From assembly GCA_027485835.1 (NCBI GenBank), contig JAIXQG010000002.1:880681-944680 (forward strand): 64,000 bases of DNA, written 5' to 3'. This DNA comes from Alphaproteobacteria bacterium (GTDB taxonomy: Bacteria > Pseudomonadota > Alphaproteobacteria > UBA2136 > UBA6156). Under the pieces are notes generated by a model. The model saw nothing but the letters and a program-made list of their open reading frames with translations. It was not told where the DNA came from and made no database searches. The first letter of the stretch is position 1. Each line of letters opens with the position of its first letter. Shown one piece after another: positions 27,151 through 35,852 of the stretch. Both the position numbers and the translations under genes were made by a program.

Positions 27151-28462
27151 GAGTTGGTGCTTTGATTGAGGGGGTGATGCGGATTTTCTCGATTTTGTGG
27201 CCGCGTTTTGTGGCGACAGTGAGAGTGAGGGTGCCGTTTGAGGTGGTGATGATGTGGGACTGGCCTTGGGAGGGGAGGTGACCGAGTTGTTCGATCATCA
27301 GGCCCGCCAGCGTGACGGCGGAGTCGGTGGGGAGATCCCAACCATAGTCGCGGTTGGCGGTGCGTACGGGCAGGTTGCCGCGCAGCGTGATGGAGCCGCT
27401 GGCGTCGGCGTGCGGGGCGGCTTCCACGGGGTCGTGCTCGTCGGCGATTTCGCCGACGATTTCTTCCAGAATATCTTCTAACGTAATCAGGCCTTGCAGG
27501 TCGCCGTATTCATCGACCACTAGCGCCAAGTGGCGATGGAGTTTGAGGAACTCTAGCAGTTGGTGGCCGAGAGGGGTGGTTTCTGGCACGAAGTAGAGTG
27601 GGCGGAGAAGCTCTTTTAATGAGACATCGGCGCGGGATTTGACCTCGGCCAATGCGGTGAGATAGTCGCGGACATTGAGGATGCCGATGGGGTTTTCCGG
27701 ACGGTCCTGATAGACAATCACGCGGCTGTGCTTAAGTTGCCCGAGCATTTTGGGAAGGGTGGTGGCCGCGGTGGCGATATCGAGGCCCACAATCGCGCTG
27801 CGGTGGATCATCACGTCGGCGACGGTCATGGTGTCGAGGTCGAGCACGGCATCCAGCATGCGGTGTTGGGTGAGGCCGAGAGCGCCGGCCTCCAGCCCCA
27901 GATTGATGGCGCCGCGGAGGTCTGCTTCGGTAAAGCTGGGGCCGTTGTCTCCGCCCAGACCGATAAGGCGCAGCATGCCGGTATTGAACATTTTAATGGC
28001 CCATGTGGCCGGGCTGAGGGCTTTGACGATGAGGTTCATGGGCATAGCCAAGGCCAGCGTGATGCCGACGGGGTATTTGGTGCCGAGGGCTTTGGGCAAA
28101 GCTTCGGCCAGCAGCAGAATGGTAAGGCCGAGTGCCAAGGTGGCGTAGGCCATACCGACCGGCCCGAACAGGCTGACCAGCAGGTTGGTGGCCATGGCCG
28201 AGCTGGCGACGGGGATGATCGTCATCACAATAAGGATAGCGGCGAGGACTTGGTCCGGCTGCTTCAGCATGTTCAGGGCTACCAGCGCGCGGCGTTGGGT
28301 GGAGGGTGCGCCCTTACGCGCGGCTTGGTGCAGTTGGGCTTTGCTGGAGGAGAGCAGGGCGATTTCGGCGGCGCAGAAAATGGCCGAGATAACTAGCAGG
28401 ACGATGATAATAAGGATAGTCAGCCACGGGGCCATAAGGGGAGCGGTGAGGGTTGATTCCAT
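27143..28462 (-). CDS. HlyC/CorC (CNNM/TlyC) family transporter with CBS pair and CorC_HlyC domain
   Basis: DUF21 TM domain, CBS region, C-terminal transporter-associated domain. Confidence 0.85.
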   Translation of the reverse strand: MESTLTAPLMAPWLTILIIIVLLVISAIFCAAEIALLSSSKAQLHQAARKGAPSTQRRALVALNMLKQPDQVLAAILIVMTIIPVASSAMATNLLVSLFGPVGMAYATLALGLTILLLAEALPKALGTKYPVGITLALAMPMNLIVKALSPATWAIKMFNTGMLRLIGLGGDNGPSFTEADLRGAINLGLEAGALGLTQHRMLDAVLDLDTMTVADVMIHRSAIVGLDIATAATTLPKMLGQLKHSRVIVYQDRPENPIGILNVRDYLTALAEVKSRADVSLKELLRPLYFVPETTPLGHQLLEFLKLHRHLALVVDEYGDLQGLITLEDILEEIVGEIADEHDPVEAAPHADASGSITLRGNLPVRTANRDYGWDLPTDSAVTLAGLMIEQLGHLPSQGQSHIITTSNGTLTLTVATKRGHKIEKIRITPSIKAPTHA

Positions 28463-28492
28463 GCGGGTTCTTGTTGTTTTGAAATTGGGGCG

Positions 28493-28985
28493 TTAGAGGT
28501 CGGTCGACTCGATGGTCACGCTGCGGGCGGTGTTGGTGGTGGCTGCGATTTTAGCGCGGTTGATGTGGCGCATGGAGGGTGGGATGAGGTCGTGGCTATC
28601 GAGCCAGTCGAGGGCCGCTTCCTTAATACGTTCCCGCAGCCAGCCACCGGTGCGGCCTTGCGAGAAGTGCTGCGAGAGACTGGCGATGGTGGCGGTTTGC
28701 AGCCAGTTGTCCAGAATGGTTTGTTCGTCTTCGCTGAGGTGCTTACGCTCGGCGCTTTGGGCGATTTCGGTGAGGTAGCTCTCGGGCAGGGGTTCTAGTG
28801 GAAAGATGTTTTTGGCCGGAGCGTCGGTGGGGGCGGTGGTGGAGACGGTGCCGGTACGGGTATCCAGCACGCACGGCGCGGTGCCGCAGAGTGCGGCGAG
28901 GATGTCGTCGATATCGTACTTGTGGGTGAAGAGGTGCTCGGACATCAGGAAATTCATGAGGGCAGGATAATCGGTGGGTGACATT
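28493..28985 (-). CDS. Hypothetical protein (~164 aa), strongly C-ending codon usage (like ribosomal genes here)
   Basis: Long open frame. The N-terminal extension in the ORF track overlaps a better-supported + strand gene. Confidence 0.4.
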
Positions 28986-29050
28986 TGGGCAAGGTAGTTG
29001 CCCCTTGGACAGGCTGGTATTAACTTTAGCCAAAACAAGGGGAGAATGTT

Positions 29051-29234
29051 CATGATTCCGAGTGGTATTTCGCGTGGTCCGCGTGGCCGCGGCAACGGTG
29101 GCCTGCCGTTACCGTTGATGATTGCTGGTGGCATTGGCGCCGTGTTGCTAATTGTGTTTGGTTGGGTTGTGCTGACCATGGGCAGTGCTCCGGCCACTGA
29201 AACGGTGACGGCCGATGTGCCGGTTAAGCTTTAA
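29051..29234 (+). CDS. Small membrane protein (61 aa), hypothetical
   Basis: RBS AAGGGGAG 7 nt upstream. Single TM. Overlaps the next gene by 20 nt. Confidence 0.35.
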
Positions 29235-31071
29235 GCTTTTTGGCTTAGCAATAATGCTAACAGTGGGGCTGATGCCCCGCTTTGGCATTGCTGAGATTGT
29301 GCAGGAAAAGCTGGGGGCTGATGGGTTTCCAGTCAATTGGAAGGCTTCGGATTTTGCGGTGGGTGAGGTTTCGGCGACGGAGGCAGTGAGTGCCTCGGCT
29401 GCCCGTGTGAACCGTGCTCAGAATGGCTGGAATACCGATGCGGTGGGTGTGCTGAAGCCCGGAAAAGGCGGTTTAGCGCCGGACCTGTGGCGGCAGATGA
29501 GCCGAGCCGAGGCGGAAGTGGCGTTGCAGCGGTCTCTCAGTAAAGGTGGCGCGAGCCCCGCCTTGAAAGAGGCGTGGCGTGTTGTGTTGCTAACAGCTGC
29601 GGCGCCGCCGTTGATGCCGGAGCGTGGCACGATCAGCAGTTGGTTGGCGGTGCGCAGTGAGGCGTTGGATAAGCTGGGCCTGCAGGAAGCGGCATGGGCG
29701 ATGTGGCGCGAGGTTCCGGTTGAGGATTTGGGCGCGGACGAGGCCAGCCAATTGGCGTGGGTGAAACTGCGCATGTTGGCGGGGGATGGGGAAACCGCGT
29801 GTGCCTTTGCCAAAGCCGAGGCCGTGAAAGAAACGATGGGCAACCGCTGGGCGCCGGTGATGGCGGCGTGCCAGTTGGTGGGGCAGGGGAAGAATCCGGC
29901 TTCGGTGCAATTAAGTTTGCAGGTGGTGGAGCCGCAGTTGAAAGCGGAGAATCCGTCTTTGCTGCGGATACTTCAGGCGGTGACCGAGGGGCGGGTGGTG
30001 AGCTCGCTGCCGAATGGGAATATGAATATTGATGCGTTGGGAGGCTCGGTATTGGGACAATACCCTGCACTGATGGGGGCGGCGATACTGCCGCGCGTGC
30101 CGGACCTTGCGTTGCGGCGGGTGGTGAAGAGTGCGGAATTGCCGATGGATGTACGGGGGCAGGCGGCAGTAGCGCTGGCAGGGCAAAGCGGGTTGCTAGA
30201 CGATGGCGTGTTGGCGTGGAGCTTGGTGAGTGGCACCCAGTTGGCGGGGGATTTGCCGGACAGTGTGGTGGTGGCACGCGGGGCGAAGGTTTCGGAGAGT
30301 GAGGTAAAAGACTATGTAGAAGCGGCGCTGCGCATGGGGTTGGTGGACGACGCGGCGAAGGCCATGACGACATGGGGAGCGCCGAGCCCGACGGTGGCGG
30401 CGGCGGAGATGCGGCGCCATGTGCAGGCGCGGTTGGCGGTTCAGCTTTTGCAAGGGCGTGTGGCGGAGGATGTGTGGGATGAGTGGATTGTGGCGCAGAC
30501 GTTGGAGAACGGTGTAGGAGCCAAACAGGCTCAGCGCACATTGCTGGTGGCAGAGGCGTTGGGGGTTGCGGTGCCGCAGCGGATTTGGAGCCAGATGCGC
30601 ATGCGCGCCGTGCCGGTAAGTGTGGCGGTAGACCCCGCGTGGCAGCGCCTGTTGGCGGATGCCGTGGCCAAACGCAATGTGCCGCAGGTGATGTTGTTGT
30701 TGAGTGAAGCGTGGAATGGTCAGCCCGTAGCCGATGTGGCGCCGGTTGTGGCGGGCGCGAGTGTGGAGGCGTTGCGGCGGGTTGGGTTTGAGGCGATTGG
30801 GCGGCGGGTGGCGGCGGAAGCGTTGCTTGGTTTGCCGCGTAAGCCGCTGGTGGCGTTGCGGCCGGAGGGGACGTTTGGTGGAGAGGCGATTTCGTCTACC
30901 GTGTTGCCAACTATGGCGCATGATGCGAGCCGGACGGTGGTGCGCGGGCTGAATTCGGTGGGGTTGGCACCGAAGGTGAGTGAGAGTGGGTTTATATTGC
31001 CGCCGCCGCGTGTGGACGCCCCCAAAGTGACGGCGCCGACCAAGCCGACGCCGCCACGGATGGATAATTAA
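29215..31071 (+). CDS. Large Ala/Leu-rich secreted or periplasmic protein (618 aa), hypothetical
   Basis: Signal peptide. Helical composition. Immediately upstream of xerD. Confidence 0.55.
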   Translation: MCRLSFKLFGLAIMLTVGLMPRFGIAEIVQEKLGADGFPVNWKASDFAVGEVSATEAVSASAARVNRAQNGWNTDAVGVLKPGKGGLAPDLWRQMSRAEAEVALQRSLSKGGASPALKEAWRVVLLTAAAPPLMPERGTISSWLAVRSEALDKLGLQEAAWAMWREVPVEDLGADEASQLAWVKLRMLAGDGETACAFAKAEAVKETMGNRWAPVMAACQLVGQGKNPASVQLSLQVVEPQLKAENPSLLRILQAVTEGRVVSSLPNGNMNIDALGGSVLGQYPALMGAAILPRVPDLALRRVVKSAELPMDVRGQAAVALAGQSGLLDDGVLAWSLVSGTQLAGDLPDSVVVARGAKVSESEVKDYVEAALRMGLVDDAAKAMTTWGAPSPTVAAAEMRRHVQARLAVQLLQGRVAEDVWDEWIVAQTLENGVGAKQAQRTLLVAEALGVAVPQRIWSQMRMRAVPVSVAVDPAWQRLLADAVAKRNVPQVMLLLSEAWNGQPVADVAPVVAGASVEALRRVGFEAIGRRVAAEALLGLPRKPLVALRPEGTFGGEAISSTVLPTMAHDASRTVVRGLNSVGLAPKVSESGFILPPPRVDAPKVTAPTKPTPPRMDN

Positions 31072-31072
31072 G

Positions 31073-32017
31073 ATGGCTGCAACGCCTGTTATGTTGGAAG
31101 AGGCGGCGCGCGAGTGGCGGGCTTATACGGAGTATCTGACCGTGATGAAGGGGGCGAGCCCGAACACGGTGGCGGCCTATGGCCGCGATATTAAGGATTT
31201 TTTAAGCTACGTGCAGACCGTGCCTGCGGAGGTAAGTGTTGCGGATGTGGAAGGTTGGATGGTAAGGCTTTCCAAAAACGAAAACGGTGCGCGTAGCGTG
31301 GCGCGGAAATTGAGTGCCGTGCGTGGCTTTTACCGGTTTTTGATGGAGCGCGGCTGGGCGAAAGATGACCCGACGGAGACGGTACCTTTACCGAAACTGC
31401 CGCAAACACTGCCGAAGGCGTTGAGTGTTGCCGATGTGAAAAAGCTGTTGCTGGCGCCGTTGGGTAGTACGCCCGCGGAAGTGCGGTTGCGGCTGATCAT
31501 TCAGCTTTTGTACGCGACCGGCTTGCGGGTGAGTGAGCTGTGTAACTTGACGCTGGATGCGGTGGCGGATGGCGATGGCGTTGTGCTGCGTGTGACGGGG
31601 AAGGGTGGCAAAACCCGCATGGTGCCGCTGGGTGATGTGGCGGCGCATACGTTGCGGGGCTATTTGAATGATGCGCGCCCGAAAATGCGCGGCAGCACCG
31701 GCCAGTGGGTATTTGCTAGCCCCGATGGGCACACGCCGCTGACGCGGGTGCGGGTGTTTCAGCTTTTAAAGGAGGCGGGGCAACGCGTGGGGGTGGAGGT
31801 GGCGCCGCACCACCTGCGCCACACCTTTGCGACCCACCTGCTGCAAAATGATGCGGATTTACGCGCGGTTCAGGTTATGTTAGGACATGCCAGCTTGAAC
31901 ACGACGCAGATATATACGAAAGTCGCCGGTGAGCGATTGAGAGAGACCTTGGAAAAACATCACCCCCTGAGTAATTCTAAGCTGGGCGCGGCCTCCAAAC
32001 GGAGTGGCACGCGCTAA
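31073..32017 (+). CDS. xerD: Tyrosine recombinase XerD
   Basis: HHLRHTFATHLL...LGHASLNTTQIYT. Confidence 0.9.
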   Translation: MAATPVMLEEAAREWRAYTEYLTVMKGASPNTVAAYGRDIKDFLSYVQTVPAEVSVADVEGWMVRLSKNENGARSVARKLSAVRGFYRFLMERGWAKDDPTETVPLPKLPQTLPKALSVADVKKLLLAPLGSTPAEVRLRLIIQLLYATGLRVSELCNLTLDAVADGDGVVLRVTGKGGKTRMVPLGDVAAHTLRGYLNDARPKMRGSTGQWVFASPDGHTPLTRVRVFQLLKEAGQRVGVEVAPHHLRHTFATHLLQNDADLRAVQVMLGHASLNTTQIYTKVAGERLRETLEKHHPLSNSKLGAASKRSGTR

Positions 32018-32970
32018 TGGCACGTCAATTTTTAGACTTTGAGAAGCCTATTCTGGAGCTGGCGGCTCGCATTGAGGATATGCGTGTAGCCCATGCCGAA
32101 GGTGCGATTACCGCTGAAAAGAACCTGCCCGCCGAGATTGAGCGGCTGGAAGTGCGTTTGGCGCGTGTGACCCGCTTGCTGTACCGCCATTTGACGCCGC
32201 ACCAGAAGGTGCAGGTGGCGCGGCACCCGCAGCGGCCGCAGGGCTCGGATTACATCAATACCCTCTTCACGGATTTTGTGGCGATGGAAGGTGACCGTCG
32301 GTTTGGCTCGGACAAGGCGCTGGTTGGCGGTTTTGCCCGTTTGAATGGCCTGCCGGTGATGGTGCTGGCGAATGATAAGGGCAAGGATACTCCCGGCCGT
32401 TTGGCGCGGAATTTTGGGATGCCCAAGCCGGAAGGTTACCGCAAGGCGCAGCGTTTGATGCTGCTAGCTGACCGTTTGGGGATTCCGGTGGTGAGTTTTG
32501 TGGATACGCCGGGGGCTTTCCCCGGAATTGACGCCGAGGAGCGGGGTCAGGCCGAGGCGATTGCGACCTGTTTGGAAGTGCAACTGGCGCTGAAAGTGCC
32601 GTTTGTGAGCGTGATTACGGGCGAAGGCGGCAGTGGCGGTGCGCTGGCGATGGCCGTGGCCGACAAGGTGCTGATGCTGGAAAATAGCGTTTATTCGGTG
32701 ATTTCTCCGGAAGGCTGTGCCGCGATTTTGTGGAAGGAAGCCACGAAGGATACGATTCCGTTGGCCGCCGAAGCGTTGAAGATGACCGCGCCCGACCTGT
32801 TGGGCCTTGGGATTATTGACGAAGTGATTAAAGAGCCGGTGGGTGGCGCGCATGCCGACCCTGAGTTGGCGATGCGGCGTGTGGGTGCGGCGGTGTTGGG
32901 GCACCTTGGGGCGCTGCGGGGTAAGGATTGCAAGGCCTTGCGGCGGGAACGGTTCTTGAAGATGACTTAA
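32017..32970 (+). CDS. accA: Acetyl-CoA carboxylase carboxyltransferase alpha subunit
   Basis: MARQFLDFEKPILEL ... typical AccA. Confidence 0.95.
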   Translation: MARQFLDFEKPILELAARIEDMRVAHAEGAITAEKNLPAEIERLEVRLARVTRLLYRHLTPHQKVQVARHPQRPQGSDYINTLFTDFVAMEGDRRFGSDKALVGGFARLNGLPVMVLANDKGKDTPGRLARNFGMPKPEGYRKAQRLMLLADRLGIPVVSFVDTPGAFPGIDAEERGQAEAIATCLEVQLALKVPFVSVITGEGGSGGALAMAVADKVLMLENSVYSVISPEGCAAILWKEATKDTIPLAAEALKMTAPDLLGLGIIDEVIKEPVGGAHADPELAMRRVGAAVLGHLGALRGKDCKALRRERFLKMT

Positions 32971-33012
32971 AGGCTCTGTGAGGAGCCTTCTTTGTAAGAG
33001 GGAGATATATTC

Positions 33013-33426
33013 ATGAACCTCATTTCTGAGAATGATTACAAGGCCTTTGAGGCGGCTATTGGACCTTTGTGGGATGTGCAGAATGCTGCGGATGGCGCGG
33101 ATAATGGTAAGGAGCACTGGGCGTTTACGTTGCGGGATGAGGCGGGTGCTGTAGTTGGTGGTGTGGGTGGGCACTTCAAATGGGACTGGATGTATGTGCA
33201 GCACCTGATTGTAGCGCCGGAGTTGCGCGGCAAGGGGGTGGGGCGCGCGTTGATGCAGAAAGCGGAAGAGTTGGCGCGGAGTAAGGGCGTAGTGGGGATG
33301 TATTTGAAGACGTTGGGGTATCAGGCGCCGGAGTTTTACCAAAAATGTGGGTTTGAGGTGAATGGCGTGATTGCCGATATGCCGAAGGGGACGAGCCATT
33401 ACACGCTGGTGAAGCGGTTGGGATAA
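33013..33426 (+). CDS. GNAT family N-acetyltransferase
   Basis: LIVAPELRGKGVGRALM acetyl-CoA binding motif. Confidence 0.8.
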   Translation: MNLISENDYKAFEAAIGPLWDVQNAADGADNGKEHWAFTLRDEAGAVVGGVGGHFKWDWMYVQHLIVAPELRGKGVGRALMQKAEELARSKGVVGMYLKTLGYQAPEFYQKCGFEVNGVIADMPKGTSHYTLVKRLG

Positions 33427-33428
33427 GA

Positions 33429-33454
33429 CAAAACCGGCTGGAGCCGGTTTTTTT
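33429..33454. terminator. Bidirectional hairpin terminator
   Basis: aaaaccggctggagccggttttttt. Confidence 0.65.
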
Positions 33455-33459
33455 AGGAG

Positions 33460-33684
33460 TTAGGCTTTGCTGGGGTGGTATTCGAAGCGGACTTTTTGGC
33501 CGGCGATTTTGATTTTTTCCGGGAGATTGGCCGCTGTGGGGTTTGGGAGGAAGATATTAAGGACGGGGAGACCGTTTACTTCGGTTAGCTCGTAGCCCGT
33601 GTGGTCGGGAAAGAGGGGCGTGAGGCGCTCGGCGACGAAGTCGGCCTTTTTAATGGCGGCGCTTACTTTGGATGTGATTGTCAT
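33460..33684 (-). CDS. Hypothetical small protein (74 aa)
   Basis: ORF with C-ending codon usage. Confidence 0.35.
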   Translation of the reverse strand: MTITSKVSAAIKKADFVAERLTPLFPDHTGYELTEVNGLPVLNIFLPNPTAANLPEKIKIAGQKVRFEYHPSKA

Positions 33685-33728
33685 GAGAGGGATATAGGCA
33701 TCTTTTGATGTGTGTGCAAGTGAAACGC

Positions 33729-33755
33729 AAAAACCGGCTTTAGGAGCCGGTTTTT
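33729..33755. terminator. Bidirectional hairpin terminator
   Basis: aaaaccggctttaggagccggttttt. Confidence 0.6.
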
Positions 33756-33772
33756 GGGAGTTTGGGTTTAGG

Positions 33773-34276
33773 TTAGGCGGCTTTGCTGCTGGTGCTGGAC
33801 ATCAGCGGTTCGAGCGTGCCTTCGGATTGCATGGCGTCTTTCACCTTTTGGGGGATCGGGTACAGCGTACCTTCGCCTTCCAGCATGCGCTTGCCTTCAG
33901 AATCTTCCACCCAGGTTTCGAAGATACAGAACTTTTCGGCGACTTCCTTGCAGCGGGCGATGGCGGTGTAGGGTGTGTTCAGCTTCACCGGAGCGAGGAA
34001 CTTGGCGGTTTGGGCGCCCCAGATGGCACCGAGGCCGGGGAGGTCCATACCGAAAATACCGGAGAATTTGGCGACGGAGATCATGCCGTGGGCGATACGG
34101 CCGCGGAAGACGGTTTTGCTGGCGTAGTCGTCGTTGAAGTGGGCAGGGTTGAAGTCGCCGCTGATTTCCGCGAACTTTTGCACGTCGGCATCGGTCACTT
34201 GGTAGGTCTGGCGGATTTCGTCGCCGACCTTGATTTCGGCCAAAGACTTACAGCCGCGGGGCTTGGGGTTGGTCAT
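33773..34276 (-). CDS. MaoC-like (R)-specific enoyl-CoA hydratase/dehydratase
   Basis: Hot-dog fold motifs ...FAEISGDFNPAHFND... Confidence 0.85.
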   Translation of the reverse strand: MTNPKPRGCKSLAEIKVGDEIRQTYQVTDADVQKFAEISGDFNPAHFNDDYASKTVFRGRIAHGMISVAKFSGIFGMDLPGLGAIWGAQTAKFLAPVKLNTPYTAIARCKEVAEKFCIFETWVEDSEGKRMLEGEGTLYPIPQKVKDAMQSEGTLEPLMSSTSSKAA

Positions 34277-34403
34277 GGGTAGGATTCTCCGATTTTGTTT
34301 TGTTGTGTTGTTATGGTGACTGATTATAGCATGGAGTTGGAACTTTTCTGACGGGTGTCAGGAATGATATTGTATACTATAGTGGAATCGGCTATATAGG
34401 GTT

Positions 34404-35834
34404 ATGAAAATGAATCTTTCTTTGCGCGCGTTGCTGGGTTTCTCGGTTGTGGCTGTCTTATGTTTGGCCAATGAGGCGCGTGCGGCGGACGGCGGTGAAA
34501 CCACGACGATGGCGGATGGTTCGGAGCAGTTGAACAAAGCGGCGGAGCAGGCCACGGAGTGCCAAAAAGCCATTGCTGAGGTAAATGAAGCCTTAGAAAA
34601 AGGGCGATATGAACGTGCGGAAACCTTGAAGAAGAAGAAGGATGCGATTTGTGAGCAGACGTATTCCGCTGAGAAAGAGAATTTGGCGAAAGAGAAGCAA
34701 GTAGAAGCTGAAAAAACGGAAGAGACTCTTCCTGCCGCTGCCAACCCTATGGGGGCTGATGCCCGTAATCAAGACGCTTACAATCCGCCTAAAAATATTA
34801 TGATTAATGGCCAGGAGATGAGCTGGGCGAAGTATGAAAGTTTCCGCCAGGTTGGTGAGAGTTATGGATTTAGCGATCAGCAAATTGCCGGTATTGCGGG
34901 GCGCTTACAGGTAGAAAGTAATGCGTTTAGCCCTACTAAAGATGGCTCTACCGCGGTAGGTGATGGAGGTACGTCGTTTGGTCGTGCGCAATGGCACAAA
35001 GAGCGTGGTACCGCGATGGCTAACTACGTAAACCAGATGCGTGCGGAACGTGCGGATGCGAATAATACGAGCTATAACCAAGCGAACTTGTCGCATAACG
35101 GTAAAACGGCTAGTGGTTTGAAGTTTTCTGCGTTTGACCAAAATAACTATATTTTCAAAGAACTTCCGAGCCAGATGTCGAAGTCGAATTACGCCGCGCT
35201 GAAGAGCACGACGTCGGCGGAAGAAGCGGCGCGTATCTTTACGAAGTATTATGAGCGTCCGGCTAACCAAGCCGGGCAAGCCTGGGGGCTTGCCGGTGGT
35301 AATGCTACGGCGGCTTTTGCGACGGGTTTAGCCAATACCAATGGAAATACGGTAGTGCCGGATATGGGGCAGTGGGGCTCGCGCCAGCTGGCAACTTATA
35401 ATAGTACCGGTGGTACGGGTTCGGGCGGTAGCGGGAGCGGTACTGGTGGTACGTCTGTTAATGATTTGATCTCTCAATTGTTGGGAGGTAATGGATCTTC
35501 CCTGCTAGGTGGGGGGAGTGGGAATTCTATTGCCGATGCGTTGAGCGCGTTGTTTGGTGGAGACGATTCCTCGGATTCGGATGATAGCTCGGACAGTGAT
35601 AGCGAGGATTCCGAGAGCCGTACGTTGGTTTCGACTGTGACGACGATTAACATCGACGGCAGTATCAAGACGGTCAAAACGTACTCGGATGGTTTGGTAC
35701 TGACGAGCCAGACCGCCAGTAACAGTGAAATTGCTGCGACGAATATCCAGAACTTCTGTGGTGTGGATAGCACCACCTCGACGGATGCGTTCATGTTGAT
35801 GATTGACGCGTGTGTCGCGGCATTTACGAGCTAG
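34404..35834 (+). CDS. Secreted modular peptidoglycan hydrolase. Signal peptide, conserved coiled-coil N-module, lysozyme-like domain (phage tail lysozyme-like motif), Gly/Ser linker, conserved C-module.
   Basis: GIAGRLQVESNAFSPTKDGSTAVGDGGTSFGRAQWH motif. N- and C-termini shared with the next gene. Low GC3. Confidence 0.7.
   Translation: MKMNLSLRALLGFSVVAVLCLANEARAADGGETTTMADGSEQLNKAAEQATECQKAIAEVNEALEKGRYERAETLKKKKDAICEQTYSAEKENLAKEKQVEAEKTEETLPAAANPMGADARNQDAYNPPKNIMINGQEMSWAKYESFRQVGESYGFSDQQIAGIAGRLQVESNAFSPTKDGSTAVGDGGTSFGRAQWHKERGTAMANYVNQMRAERADANNTSYNQANLSHNGKTASGLKFSAFDQNNYIFKELPSQMSKSNYAALKSTTSAEEAARIFTKYYERPANQAGQAWGLAGGNATAAFATGLANTNGNTVVPDMGQWGSRQLATYNSTGGTGSGGSGSGTGGTSVNDLISQLLGGNGSSLLGGGSGNSIADALSALFGGDDSSDSDDSSDSDSEDSESRTLVSTVTTINIDGSIKTVKTYSDGLVLTSQTASNSEIAATNIQNFCGVDSTTSTDAFMLMIDACVAAFTS
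34523..34684 (+). repeat. ~160-bp direct repeat (copy 1), >90% identical to 35997-36157. Encodes the shared N-module.
   Basis: Direct nucleotide comparison. Confidence 0.85.
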
Positions 35835-35852
35835 ATGGAGAAGGACAACGTC

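Noticed and set aside
28512-28798. Plus-strand ORFs 28512-28778 and 28565-28798 versus minus-strand ORF 28493-28985
   Set aside because: The plus-strand frames are short and fragmented with GNN-shadow composition. The minus-strand frame is long and protein-like, so only the minus ORF is reported, at moderate confidence.
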